Source of the DNA: Propionibacterium freudenreichii subsp. freudenreichii
GTDB lineage: Bacteria > Actinomycetota > Actinomycetes > Propionibacteriales > Propionibacteriaceae
Assembly: GCF_000940845.1 (NCBI RefSeq)
Contig: NZ_CP010341.1
Span: 1,740,001-1,772,000 of the forward strand
Length of the DNA: 32,000 nucleotides
Reading direction: 5' to 3'
In this document: positions 9,671 through 20,065 of the stretch, in pieces
How the letters are laid out: the number at the start of each line of letters is the position of its first letter
How positions within the stretch are numbered: position 1 is the stretch's first letter
Translations under genes and position numbers: made by a program
The notes under the pieces: model-generated
Told to the model about the DNA's origin: nothing
Databases searched by the model: none
Seen by the model: only the letters and a program-made list of their open reading frames with translations

Positions 9671-10516
9671 ATGGCTGAGCGCACGGCACGCCGGCTGACC
9701 CGTCGGTCGCTCCTGGCGATCGGGGCAGTCGGCTCCCTCACCGCCCTGGCGGCCTGCGCGGGGGCGACCACTCCCTTCGTCTCACCGGGATGCACGGCGA
9801 CGGTCAATGGCTCCAGCGACCTGCGCGACCTGGAGCAGGCCGGCAATGTGGCCATCATCGTGGGCGAGGCGCTGCGTCGCGGCCTGCCTCCTCGGGCAGC
9901 CACCATTGCCATCGTCACGGCACTGCAGGAGTCCAAGTTGTACAACCTGGACTACGGCGACGCCGATTCCGTGGGGCTGTTCCAGCAACGCCCCAGCCAG
10001 GGTTGGGGCACCGAGGACCAGATCATGAACCCCTGGTATTCAGCGGGCAAGTTCTATGAGGCGCTGGTCAAGGTCGACGGCTGGCAGACCGACACCATCA
10101 ATGACGTCGCCCAGAAGGTGCAGCGGTCGAACTTCCCGCACGCCTATGCCCAGCACGAGGACGTCGGACGAATCTGGGCCAGCGCCCTGTGCGGTTTCGA
10201 CCCGGCCGGGGTCACCAGCGTCGACAACAAGAACGCCACCGGGAACCCCGAGGTGCTGCGTGAATTCGTGGTGCGCGTGTGGGGCGGGGCGATCCCGATC
10301 GCCATCAACCCCGATGGGCTCAGCTTCACGGTGGGTTCGGCGACCACGGCCTGGTCGGTGGCCCTGTTGTGCATGTGCCTGGGCTCGCAGGCCGGCCTGG
10401 TGGGACTCCGGGTGGGCGACATGACGTGGGCCAACAGCACCAGCCAGCGCGCCACCTGGGCAGGCCAGAACGCGGTGGATCCCACGGTGGTCACCGCCAC
10501 CTGTCGCACGGCGTGA
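9671..10516 (+). CDS. Tat-signal lipoprotein, possible SLT-like glycoside hydrolase fold
   Basis: N-terminus RRLTRRSLLAIGAVGSLTALAACAG has a twin-arginine motif and an LAAC lipobox. LQESKL...DSVGLFQQRP...YSAGKFY loosely resembles the ES / GLMQ / AYNAG motifs of family-1 lytic transglycosylases. The match is at motif level only. Confidence 0.6.
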   Translation: MAERTARRLTRRSLLAIGAVGSLTALAACAGATTPFVSPGCTATVNGSSDLRDLEQAGNVAIIVGEALRRGLPPRAATIAIVTALQESKLYNLDYGDADSVGLFQQRPSQGWGTEDQIMNPWYSAGKFYEALVKVDGWQTDTINDVAQKVQRSNFPHAYAQHEDVGRIWASALCGFDPAGVTSVDNKNATGNPEVLREFVVRVWGGAIPIAINPDGLSFTVGSATTAWSVALLCMCLGSQAGLVGLRVGDMTWANSTSQRATWAGQNAVDPTVVTATCRTA

Positions 10517-10543
10517 ATCCAGCGACCCACGCCAAGCGGCCTG

Positions 10544-11635
10544 TCAGCTCGTGAGCCGTCCGGCCGCCGCGTTGATGCGCTCATCGGTGGCGGTCATCGA
10601 CAGCCGCACATGGTCATGGGAGGTCGGCCCGTAGAAGTCGCCCGGGGCGGCCAGGATGCCGCGCTCGGCAAGCCAGTCGATGCTGGCGCGCCCGTCGCGT
10701 CCCTGGGTGGCCCACAAGTAGAGCGAGCCCTGCGAGTGGTCGATGCGGAAGCCTGCTGCTTCCAGGGCACGGCGCATGATGGCGCGGCGCGCCGCGTACC
10801 GGGCGCGCTGCTGTTCCACATGTTCCTGGTCGCCCAGGGCGGCCACCATGGCCGCCTGCACCGGCGTCGGCACGATCATGCCGAGGTGCTTGCGCAGCGC
10901 GACCAGCTCGGTGACCAGTTCCTCATCGCCGGCCACGAAACCAGCCCGGTAGCCGGCCATGTTCGACCGTTTCGACAACGAGTCAACGACCAGCAGGCCG
11001 GTGATGTCGCCGTCATTGATGATCGGGTCGATGACGCTGTAGGCCTTTGCGTCGAAGGCGAACTCCCCGTAGCACTCGTCGGAGGCAATCACGGCGTGGT
11101 GCTTGCGCGCGAACGCCACCCACCGTCGCAGCAGTTCCCCGGAGGCAACCGCCCCGCTGGGATTCGACGGGCTGTTGAGCCAGATGAGGCGCGGTGCGCC
11201 CTGCACCCGGTCGGGATCGTCGCACCGTTCGATGTGTGCCCCGGCCATGAGCGCCCCCACCTCATAGGTGGGATAGGCGGTCTCGGGGATCACCACAAGG
11301 TCGTCGGGCCCCAGTCCGAGCAGGGTGGGCAGCCAGCCGACGATCTCCTTGGTGCCGATCGCGGTGGTCACATTGCGATCGCGCAGGCCCGTCGCGTTCC
11401 AGCGTCGGGTGAGGTAGCCCATGATCGCGGCACGCAGCTCAGGGCTGCCCCAGACTGCGGGATAGCCGGGGGCCTGCGACGCCGCCGCGAGCGCGTCGCG
11501 CACGAGGTCGGGCGTCGGGTCAGTGGGGGTTCCCACCGACAGATCGACGATTCCCCCGGGATGCGCCTGCGCGGTGGCTTTCGCCCGCGCCAGCGAGTCC
11601 CAGGGGAAGTCGGGCAGGGATTGCGAGAGTTTCAC
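10544..11635 (-). CDS. dapC: succinyldiaminopimelate transaminase (class I aminotransferase)
   Basis: 363 aa. Fold-type I aminotransferase with SLSKRSNMAGYRAGF (PLP lysine region). GTG start overlaps the fdxA stop by 4 nt (GTGA). The fdxA-dapC pairing is conserved in actinobacteria. Confidence 0.8.
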   Translation of the reverse strand: MKLSQSLPDFPWDSLARAKATAQAHPGGIVDLSVGTPTDPTPDLVRDALAAASQAPGYPAVWGSPELRAAIMGYLTRRWNATGLRDRNVTTAIGTKEIVGWLPTLLGLGPDDLVVIPETAYPTYEVGALMAGAHIERCDDPDRVQGAPRLIWLNSPSNPSGAVASGELLRRWVAFARKHHAVIASDECYGEFAFDAKAYSVIDPIINDGDITGLLVVDSLSKRSNMAGYRAGFVAGDEELVTELVALRKHLGMIVPTPVQAAMVAALGDQEHVEQQRARYAARRAIMRRALEAAGFRIDHSQGSLYLWATQGRDGRASIDWLAERGILAAPGDFYGPTSHDHVRLSMTATDERINAAAGRLTS

Positions 11636-11952
11636 GAAGCCTGCGGGGGCAGCTTGGCTACCGAGGGCTCGTCAAAGCTCTGGGGGCCGAGGCGCGCCGC
11701 GCCACCGGGCGATCCCAGTTCACTGAAGAAGTTGGCGTTGACGTCGTACCACTCCTTGTACTCGTCGGGCAGGTCGTCCTCGTAGAAGATGGCCTCCGTG
11801 GGGCACACGGGCTCGCAGGCACCGCAGTCGACGCATTCCTCCGGATGGATGTAGAGGGTGCGCTCACCCTCGTAGATGCAGTCGACGGGACATTCCTCGA
11901 CGCAGGCTTTGTCCTTGACGTCCACACAAGGCAACGCGATGACGTAGGTCAT
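11632..11952 (-). CDS. fdxA: 7Fe ferredoxin ([3Fe-4S][4Fe-4S])
   Basis: 106 aa. MTYVIALPCVDVKDKACVEECPVDCIY...CVDCGACEPVCP cysteine pattern. Confidence 0.92.
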   Translation of the reverse strand: MTYVIALPCVDVKDKACVEECPVDCIYEGERTLYIHPEECVDCGACEPVCPTEAIFYEDDLPDEYKEWYDVNANFFSELGSPGGAARLGPQSFDEPSVAKLPPQAS

Positions 11953-12187
11953 GAGAGCTCCTGGAAAGGTCAGGCAATATCGTTCCGCCGGCGCTCAAAC
12001 CGGCGCTCCGGCCACCCTACAACCGATTGGTCCGACAAGGCCCGCGGCCGCACGCCGTCTCAGCGGTCAAGCCGGATCGTGCACGCCCGCCGCCTTCTGC
12101 TCCCGGTCTCCGTGCCAGCGGCGGCGTTCCGGACGCACCCCTTGCCGGGCCGGTATCGTCCGGTACATAAGGAAAGGGGTGTCAACC

Positions 12188-13156
12188 ATGGCGAGAATCT
12201 GCATCACCGACGGAGTACCTGCCGAGGGCATCGAGGCCCTGCGCACCGCCGGCAACGAGGTCATCACGTGGGATGGCCAGGAACCACCCACGCGCGAACA
12301 GCTCCTGGCGCACGTGAAGGGCGCCGACGCCGTGCTGACCGTGCTGTCCGACGGCGTCGACGAGGAATTCATCGCGGCCGCGGGTCCCCAGCTCAAGGTG
12401 GTGGCGAACATCGCGGCCGGCTTCAACAACATCGACCTCGACGCCTGTCGCGCCCACGGCATCGTGGCGACCGTGACGCCGGGCACCCTGTTCGACGCCG
12501 TGGCCGACCTGGCGTTCGGACTGATGCTGTCGGTGACGCGACGCATGGGCGAGGGCGAGCGGTTGATCCGCGCCGGCAAGCCGTGGCGGTACCGCACCAC
12601 GTTCATGCTCGGACGCTCCATCGAGACGAAGTCGATCGGCCTGATCGGTGCCGGCCAGATCGGCACCGCAATGGCCCAGCGCTGCAAGGCCTTCGGCATG
12701 GACGTCTTCTACGCCCAGGAACATCCGATGCGGGAGCCGGCACGCAGCGAGCTGGACGCCAAGGGCCTGTCGGTCGATGAGCTGGTGGCCCACTGCGATG
12801 TGATCAGCCTCCATTGCCCGCTGACCCCCGAGACCCACCACATCATCAACGCCGAACGCCTCGCGTCGATGAAGCAGGGCTCCTATCTGATCAACACGGC
12901 ACGTGGCGCCTGCGTTGACGAGAAGGCACTGGTGGCCGCCCTGCAGAGCGGGCACCTGGGTGGCGCCGGCCTGGACGTCTACGAGCATGAGCCGGCCATC
13001 GAGCCCGAGCTGCTGACCATGGAGAACGTGGCGCTGCTGCCTCACCTGGGCTCGGCCAACATCGAGACGCGCACGGCGATGACCGCGCTCGCCGCGAAGA
13101 ACGCCCTCGAGGTGCTCGCCGGACGCGCCGCACCGACGCCGGTTCCGGGCCTGTAG
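12188..13156 (+). CDS. D-isomer-specific 2-hydroxyacid dehydrogenase (glyoxylate/hydroxypyruvate reductase-like)
   Basis: 322 aa from MARICITDG, preceded by aaggaaagggg. GLIGAGQIGTAMA Rossmann motif, NTARG and HLGSA catalytic-region motifs. The track ORF starting at 11951 is an unsupported N-terminal extension. Confidence 0.85.
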   Translation: MARICITDGVPAEGIEALRTAGNEVITWDGQEPPTREQLLAHVKGADAVLTVLSDGVDEEFIAAAGPQLKVVANIAAGFNNIDLDACRAHGIVATVTPGTLFDAVADLAFGLMLSVTRRMGEGERLIRAGKPWRYRTTFMLGRSIETKSIGLIGAGQIGTAMAQRCKAFGMDVFYAQEHPMREPARSELDAKGLSVDELVAHCDVISLHCPLTPETHHIINAERLASMKQGSYLINTARGACVDEKALVAALQSGHLGGAGLDVYEHEPAIEPELLTMENVALLPHLGSANIETRTAMTALAAKNALEVLAGRAAPTPVPGL

Positions 13157-13319
13157 GGCACTGCCCCACGCCGGACGCGCGGGCACATGGGTCACGCAGG
13201 ACCCCCTGCGTCGTGCCGTGGTGGGGCGCCTGATCGGCCGATCGGCGCCCCACCCATCGCGTCCGTCGCGGCATGCCCCCTCACCGCCGGGGACCGCCCC
13301 GGATCGCTAGGCTGAGGCC

Positions 13320-14744
<1,425 letters not shown>

Positions 14745-14788
14745 GCAGGCGCCGGCGGCGTGACCACGATGCGCCACCGGACCTGATT

Positions 14789-14834
14789 GCAGAGGGAGGG
14801 TCCCGGAACCATGGTTCCGGGACCCTCCCTCTGC
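14789..14834 (+). terminator. fumC terminator hairpin
   Basis: gcagagggagggtcccggaacc/atggttccgggaccctccctctgc is a 46-nt perfect palindrome 45 nt after the fumC stop, with no T-tract. Confidence 0.7.
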
Positions 14835-14907
14835 CTATCATCGGACAAGCCGCCCCGCCGCTCCGCCACCCGGCGCCCACGACGGGGCCCGGAACCGGGG
14901 GAGCACG

Positions 14908-15354
14908 ATGGTTGACCACGACGAGATCAGGCGCCAACAGGAATCGCTGTGGCAGACGCAGCTGAAGCATCCGGACATCGACATCATGGGCAAGATGGGC
15001 GGCTGGCTCGCCGGCCCGCCGTCGCCGGATCCGCCCGCCGGACCCGTGTGGCAATGGGGCCCCGAGGACATGCACAAGCGCTTCCTCATCATCTACCCCG
15101 ATGGGACCGACTCCACCGGTTCCATCCATGAATACGTCTCACTGCTCGCGCGCCTGCCACCGTTCGGCCCCGACAGGCGGTTCAGCTATGACGAGAGCAT
15201 CGAGCTGTGCCGGTTGATGCACACGATGGGGGCCTGGAGCTGGGACGAACCTCGACACTGCCTGGTGTGGAGCAGCAAGCGCACACATGAGCTCGAGGCC
15301 CGCGCCATCGACGCCTGGCTGCGGTGGTTGGATTCGCGCGGCGGGCACGACTGA
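14908..15354 (+). CDS. hypothetical Trp-rich protein (no family recognised)
   Basis: 148 aa. Strong GC3 codon bias by hand inspection. gggggagc Shine-Dalgarno sequence before the ATG. 9 Trp residues. Bracketed by hairpin terminators. Confidence 0.65.
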   Translation: MVDHDEIRRQQESLWQTQLKHPDIDIMGKMGGWLAGPPSPDPPAGPVWQWGPEDMHKRFLIIYPDGTDSTGSIHEYVSLLARLPPFGPDRRFSYDESIELCRLMHTMGAWSWDEPRHCLVWSSKRTHELEARAIDAWLRWLDSRGGHD

Positions 15355-15381
15355 GCCACACCCGGCGACGGGCCCGCGTGG

Positions 15382-15411
15382 CCGAACCGGCCCGCACGGG
15401 GGCCGGTTCGG
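15382..15411 (+). terminator. hairpin terminator after the orphan ORF
   Basis: ccgaaccggcc(c)-gcacgg-(g)ggccggttcgg forms an 11-12 bp GC-rich stem. Confidence 0.55.
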
Positions 15412-15481
15412 ACTGCCCGTCGCGCGGCGGCGGCGAGCAGAATGGCAGTGGGTGGACAACGACCAATCAGGAAGGCAAGGC

Positions 15482-16951
15482 ATGAGCACACGTATCGAAG
15501 TGGACCTGCTGGGCAAGCGCGAAGTACCCGAGGACAAGTACTACGGGATCCACACCGTGCGGGCGCTGGAGAACTTCCAGCTCTCCGGGGACACCATGAA
15601 TGACGTGCCGGAGTTCATCCGGGGCATGGTGCAGGTGAAGAAGGCCGCCGCGCTGGCCAACAAGGAGCTCCATGCGCTGCCGGGCGACGTGGCCGATGCG
15701 ATCGTCGCGGCCTGCGATGCGATCCTCGACGAGGGACGCTGCATGGACCAGTTCCCCACCGATGCATTCCAGGGCGGTGCGGGCACCTCGATCAACATGA
15801 ACACCAACGAGGTGATCGCCAACCTCGCGCTGGAACTGGTCGGCTACCCGAAGGGTCGCTACGACCTGATCAACCCGAATGACGATGTCAACAAGTCGCA
15901 GTCGACCAACGACGCGTACCCCACCGGATTCCGCCTGGCCGTGTTCACCCTGGTGCGCGGGCTGGTCGCCGAGGTTGACCGGCTCCAGGCCAGCTTCGCG
16001 GCCAAGGGCATCGAGTTCGCCGATGTGCTCAAGATGGGGCGCACCCAGCTGCAGGATGCCGTGCCGATGACGCTCGGCGAGGAGTTCAGGGGGTATGGGA
16101 ACAACATCCGCGAGGAGGTCAAGCGCATCAGCACCGCGGCCGACCTGCTGCTGGCCATCAACCTCGGTGGCACGGCGATCGGTACCGGGCTGAACACTCC
16201 CCCGGGCTATGCCGCGCTGGTCACCCGCAAGCTCGCCGACATCACCGGCTACGAGGTGGAGATGTCCGGTGACCTGCGCGAGGCCAGTTACGACAACGGT
16301 GCCTATATCGCCGTGCACTCGGCCATGAAGCGCCTGGCGGCCAAGTTGTCGAAGATCTGCAACGACCTGCGGCTGCTGTCGTCGGGCCCCCGCGCCGGGA
16401 TCAACGAGATCAACCTTCCGGCCATGCAGGCGGGCTCGTCGATCATGCCGGCCAAGGTGAATCCGGTGATCCCCGAGGTGGTCAACCAGGTGTGCTTCCG
16501 TGTCTTCGGCAACGACGTCACCGTCTGCTTCGCCGCCGAGGCCGGCCAGCTCGAACTCAATGTGATGGAACCCGGCATGACCCAGGCGATGTTCGAGACG
16601 GTCCACCTCCTGACGCGCGCCTGCGCCACCCTGCGGGAGCGCTGTGTCGACGGCATCACGGCCAATGTGGAGCGCTCCCGTGAGTTCGTCATGAACTCGA
16701 TCGGTATCGTCACCTACCTCAACGACGTGATCGGCCACCACAACGGCGACCTGGTGGGCAAGGAGGCCGCCCGCACCGGCAAGTCAGTGCGCGAAGTGGT
16801 CATCGAGATGGGCCTGCTCACCGGCGAACAGGTGGACGCCATCCTGACGCCGGAGAACTTCCTCAAGCCGCGCTACACCGGCAAGGTCTACGGCCCGGAC
16901 GACCACCGCCTGCCCAGTGATGCCCGACTGCGGGCGCTGGATGAGCGCTGA
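15482..16951 (+). CDS. aspA: aspartate ammonia-lyase, paralogue 1
   Basis: 489 aa from [32 protein letters not shown], preceded by aggaagg. [16 protein letters not shown] signature and aspartase-type [12 protein letters not shown]. The track ORF starting at 15287 is an N-terminal over-extension. Confidence 0.93.
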   Translation: MSTRIEVDLLGKREVPEDKYYGIHTVRALENFQLSGDTMNDVPEFIRGMVQVKKAAALANKELHALPGDVADAIVAACDAILDEGRCMDQFPTDAFQGGAGTSINMNTNEVIANLALELVGYPKGRYDLINPNDDVNKSQSTNDAYPTGFRLAVFTLVRGLVAEVDRLQASFAAKGIEFADVLKMGRTQLQDAVPMTLGEEFRGYGNNIREEVKRISTAADLLLAINLGGTAIGTGLNTPPGYAALVTRKLADITGYEVEMSGDLREASYDNGAYIAVHSAMKRLAAKLSKICNDLRLLSSGPRAGINEINLPAMQAGSSIMPAKVNPVIPEVVNQVCFRVFGNDVTVCFAAEAGQLELNVMEPGMTQAMFETVHLLTRACATLRERCVDGITANVERSREFVMNSIGIVTYLNDVIGHHNGDLVGKEAARTGKSVREVVIEMGLLTGEQVDAILTPENFLKPRYTGKVYGPDDHRLPSDARLRALDER

Positions 16952-17134
16952 CCCACCCAACACACGCACACGAGGACTCCCGGTAACTTGCATATTGGGA
17001 GCCCTCCTGCTACGTGATCCTCCACCAACGCCGCCGAAACGCACGCTGACAGGCGTTTCGCCTCTCACGAACCGAGGGTTACAGTTCACATTCCCCACCT
17101 GTGCACCACATGAAGAAGTTTCAACAAGAATCAC

Positions 17135-17150
17135 TGTGAGCTACTTCATA
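17135..17150. promoter_or_regulatory. candidate CRP/GlxR-family binding site
   Basis: TGTGAgctactTCATA matches the TGTGA-N6-TCACA consensus at 9 of 10 positions. It lies in the low-GC spacer, about 20 nt upstream of a putative -35 for aspA2. Confidence 0.35.
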
Positions 17151-17170
17151 ATCAATCAGATACCCCCCCC

Positions 17171-17200
17171 TTGACCCCCTGAAACAGCAAATGTTACTGT
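17171..17200 (+). promoter_or_regulatory. putative aspA2 promoter (-35 TTGACC, 18-nt spacer, -10 TACTGT)
   Basis: TTGACC at 17171-17176 and a TAnnnT-type hexamer at 17195-17200. A C8 homopolymer (17163-17170) abuts the -35. Confidence 0.35.
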
Positions 17201-17280
17201 GGCCAGGACAACACCGACTTGTCAATCGGCGGCCCCAGAACGGGACGCGCCCGTGGCAAGAAGCTCAAGGGAGAGTCATC

Positions 17281-18753
17281 ATGTCCACACGCATTGAAGA
17301 AGATCTTCTCGGCAAGCGGGAAGTACCGAACGACAAGTATTACGGGATCCACACCGTGCGAGCACTGGAGAACTTCCAGATGTCCGGACGATCCATGAAT
17401 GATGTGCCGGAGTTCATCCGGGGCATGGTGCAGGTGAAGAAGGCCGCCGCGCTGGCCAACAAGGAGCTGCGAGTGCTCCCGGCGGACATCGCCGATGCGA
17501 TCGTCGCGGCCTGCGATGCGATCCTCGACGAGGGGCGCTGCATGGACCAGTTCCCCACCGATGCATTCCAGGGTGGTGCGGGCACCTCGATCAATATGAA
17601 CACCAATGAGGTGATCGCCAACCTCGCCCTGGAGCTCATCGGATATCCCAAGGGTCGCTATGACCTGATCAATCCGAACGACCACGTCAACAAGTCGCAG
17701 TCGACCAACGACGCGTACCCCACCGGATTCCGCCTGGCCGTGTTTACCCTGGTGCGCGGGCTGGTCGCGGAGGTTGACCGGCTCCAGGCCAGCTTCGCGG
17801 CCAAGGGAGTTGAGTTCGCCGATGTGCTCAAGATGGGGCGCACGCAGCTGCAGGATGCCGTGCCGATGACGCTCGGCGAGGAGTTCAGGGGGTATGGGAA
17901 CAACATCCGCGAGGAGGTCAAGCGCATCAACACCGCGGCCGACCTGCTGCTCGAGACGAACATGGGCGGCACCGCAATCGGCACCGGGCTGAACACCCCT
18001 CCGGGCTATGCACCGGTTGTGACGACGAAGCTCGCAGAGGTCACCGGATACCCGGTGGTCGCCGCTGCCGACCTCATGGAATCCAGCTATGACAACGGGG
18101 CTTACATCGCCGTGCACTCGGCCATGAAGCGCCTGGCCGCCAAGATGTCGAAGATCTGCAACGACCTGCGGCTGCTGTCGTCGGGCCCCCGCGCCGGGAT
18201 CAACGAGATCAACCTGCCCGCCATGCAGGCCGGCTCGTCGATCATGCCGGCCAAGGTCAACCCGGTGATCCCCGAAGTGGTCAACCAGGTGTGCTTCCGC
18301 GTCTTCGGCAACGACGTCACCGTCTGCTTCGCCGCCGAGGCCGGCCAGCTCGAACTCAATGTGATGGAACCCGGCATGACCCAGGCGATGTTCGAGACGG
18401 TCCACCTCCTGACGCGCGCCTGCGCCACCCTGCGGGAGCGCTGTGTCGACGGCATCACGGCCAATGTGGAGCGCTGCCGTGAGTTCGTCATGAACTCGAT
18501 CGGCATCGTCACCTACCTCAACGACGTGATCGGCCACCACAACGGCGACCTGGTGGGCAAGGAGGCCGCCCGCACCGGCAAGTCAGTACGCGAAGTGGTC
18601 ATCGAGATGGGCCTGCTCACCGGCGAACAGGTGGACGCCATCCTCACCGACCAGAACTTCCTCAAGCCTCATTACACCGGCCGCTTCTACAGCGCCGATG
18701 AACATGGGCTTCCTGAGGATGTCGCACCGGAGCTCGTCGGCCCCGAAGGCTAG
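17281..18753 (+). CDS. aspA: aspartate ammonia-lyase, paralogue 2
   Basis: 490 aa from [32 protein letters not shown], preceded by gggagag. Same signature motifs as paralogue 1. The track start at 17191 adds 30 aa that have no counterpart in paralogue 1. Confidence 0.93.
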   Translation: MSTRIEEDLLGKREVPNDKYYGIHTVRALENFQMSGRSMNDVPEFIRGMVQVKKAAALANKELRVLPADIADAIVAACDAILDEGRCMDQFPTDAFQGGAGTSINMNTNEVIANLALELIGYPKGRYDLINPNDHVNKSQSTNDAYPTGFRLAVFTLVRGLVAEVDRLQASFAAKGVEFADVLKMGRTQLQDAVPMTLGEEFRGYGNNIREEVKRINTAADLLLETNMGGTAIGTGLNTPPGYAPVVTTKLAEVTGYPVVAAADLMESSYDNGAYIAVHSAMKRLAAKMSKICNDLRLLSSGPRAGINEINLPAMQAGSSIMPAKVNPVIPEVVNQVCFRVFGNDVTVCFAAEAGQLELNVMEPGMTQAMFETVHLLTRACATLRERCVDGITANVERCREFVMNSIGIVTYLNDVIGHHNGDLVGKEAARTGKSVREVVIEMGLLTGEQVDAILTDQNFLKPHYTGRFYSADEHGLPEDVAPELVGPEG

Positions 18754-18757
18754 AACA

Positions 18758-20053
18758 ATGCTCGCGCTACAGCTAGCGGTAGTTCTTGTCTTCATTTTCA
18801 TCGGCGTGCGCCTGGGAGGTTTGGGGATCGCGTTCGCCGGTGCAACAGGTGTGATCGTTCTGGGTCTTCTCGGATGTGACGTCAATATCAGTACGGGCAT
18901 CCCATGGGAAGTTCTTGGAATCATCATTTCGGTGATCTCCTGCGTGGCAGCCATGCAGGTCGCGGGCGGCCTCGATCTGCTCGTGAAGATCAGCGAGCAC
19001 CTGCTCCGGAAGAATCCGAAACGGATCACATTCCTCGCGCCCATCGTCACCTACTTCATGACATTCCTATGTGGCACGGGTCACGTTGCGTTCGCCACGC
19101 TGCCAGTGATCGCGGAGGTCGCCAAGGAGCAACACGTGCGACCATCGCGGCCATTGTCCATCGCCGTGGTCGCGTCCCAGGTCGCCATCGCCGGATCGCC
19201 TCTTTCCGCGGCAACGGTTGCGATGGCCGCCGCCGTTGAGCCCCGGGGTGTCGGCTACGTCCCACTGATCGGGGTGACTTTGGTTACTACCTTCATCGGC
19301 TGCATGGTTGGCGCCCTGGTCGCAAGCCACCAAGGATGCGAGCTGGACGACGACCCGGTGTACAAGGAGCGCCTGGCGAGGGGCGAAATAACCATGCGGG
19401 GTCAGGGAGAATACGACATCCCCCGGTACGCCAAGCGATCTCTGATCATCTTCGGCACCACCCTCGTGATTGTGATGGTGTACGCGGTCGCGGTGGGTTC
19501 CATAAAGAACCCTCCGCTACCCCGAACAGCGGCGATCATCTGCCTCATGTTCGCGGCCGCATTGGCCATCAGGCTTTTCTGCAAGATCGAACTCGGAAAG
19601 GTTGCAGATCAGACCACATTCAAGGGTGGCATGAGCGCCGCAATTTGCATCCTGGGCGTTGCATGGCTGGGGAACACCTTCGTCAATTCAAACCTTGATG
19701 CGATCAAGAGCGTCGGCTCGGGAGTCATTGGCCATTTCCCTTGGCTGCTCGCGGTAGTCCTCTTCTTCGCCTCCGCCCTGCTCTATTCCCAGGGTGCTAC
19801 GACAGCAACTTTCATGCCCGTTGCCGCCGCAATGGGTGTGTCGGGGGCAGTCATGGTGGCTTCTTTCCCAGCAGTGACCGGCCTGTATCTCCTGCCGACA
19901 TATCCAACCACTGTCGCCGCCGTCGAAATGGACGACACAGGATCCACCAGAATTGGAAAATATGTGTTCAACCACCCATTTATCCTACCCGGGTGCGCGG
20001 CCGTAGTAGTTTCCACTCTCTTGGGTTTCGCCATTGCACCATTGATTTTCTGA
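18758..20053 (+). CDS. dcuA: anaerobic C4-dicarboxylate / L-aspartate transporter, Dcu family
   Basis: 431 aa from MLALQLAVVLVFIFIGVRLGG. Polytopic, DcuA/DcuB-like throughout. ATG lies 4 nt after the aspA2 stop. aspA followed by dcuA is the E. coli arrangement as well. Confidence 0.85.
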   Translation: MLALQLAVVLVFIFIGVRLGGLGIAFAGATGVIVLGLLGCDVNISTGIPWEVLGIIISVISCVAAMQVAGGLDLLVKISEHLLRKNPKRITFLAPIVTYFMTFLCGTGHVAFATLPVIAEVAKEQHVRPSRPLSIAVVASQVAIAGSPLSAATVAMAAAVEPRGVGYVPLIGVTLVTTFIGCMVGALVASHQGCELDDDPVYKERLARGEITMRGQGEYDIPRYAKRSLIIFGTTLVIVMVYAVAVGSIKNPPLPRTAAIICLMFAAALAIRLFCKIELGKVADQTTFKGGMSAAICILGVAWLGNTFVNSNLDAIKSVGSGVIGHFPWLLAVVLFFASALLYSQGATTATFMPVAAAMGVSGAVMVASFPAVTGLYLLPTYPTTVAAVEMDDTGSTRIGKYVFNHPFILPGCAAVVVSTLLGFAIAPLIF

Positions 20054-20065
20054 ATCGAGAGCATC

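Larger units (their letters stand above)
15482..18660 (+). repeat. tandem direct duplication (two aspA units, register 1799 bp, no indels across the shared coding part)
   Basis: Hand alignment shows position p in copy 1 corresponds to p+1799 in copy 2 from the start codons (15482/17281) to about 16860/18659. The 3' ends and the flanks are unrelated. Confidence 0.9.

Noticed and set aside
15287-15481. N-terminal extensions of aspA1 (from 15287), aspA2 (from 17191), dcuA (from 18698), the dehydrogenase (from 11951) and the PLP-fold-like protein (from 24763)
   Set aside because: Paralogue or family alignment places the true N-termini at the internal ATGs, which have Shine-Dalgarno sequences. 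The extensions cross terminators or overlap neighbouring genes.
17163-17170. C8 tract (and the G8 tract at 4332-4339) as phase-variation switches
   Set aside because: Both lie outside coding sequence and outside the -35/-10 spacer, so length changes would not obviously toggle expression. The C8 tract is kept only as a minor note within the spacer finding.
16952-17280. Spacer between the aspA copies as a mobile-element remnant or MITE
   Set aside because: I could find no terminal inverted repeats, target-site duplication or transposase fragment. A regulatory spacer is the simpler reading.
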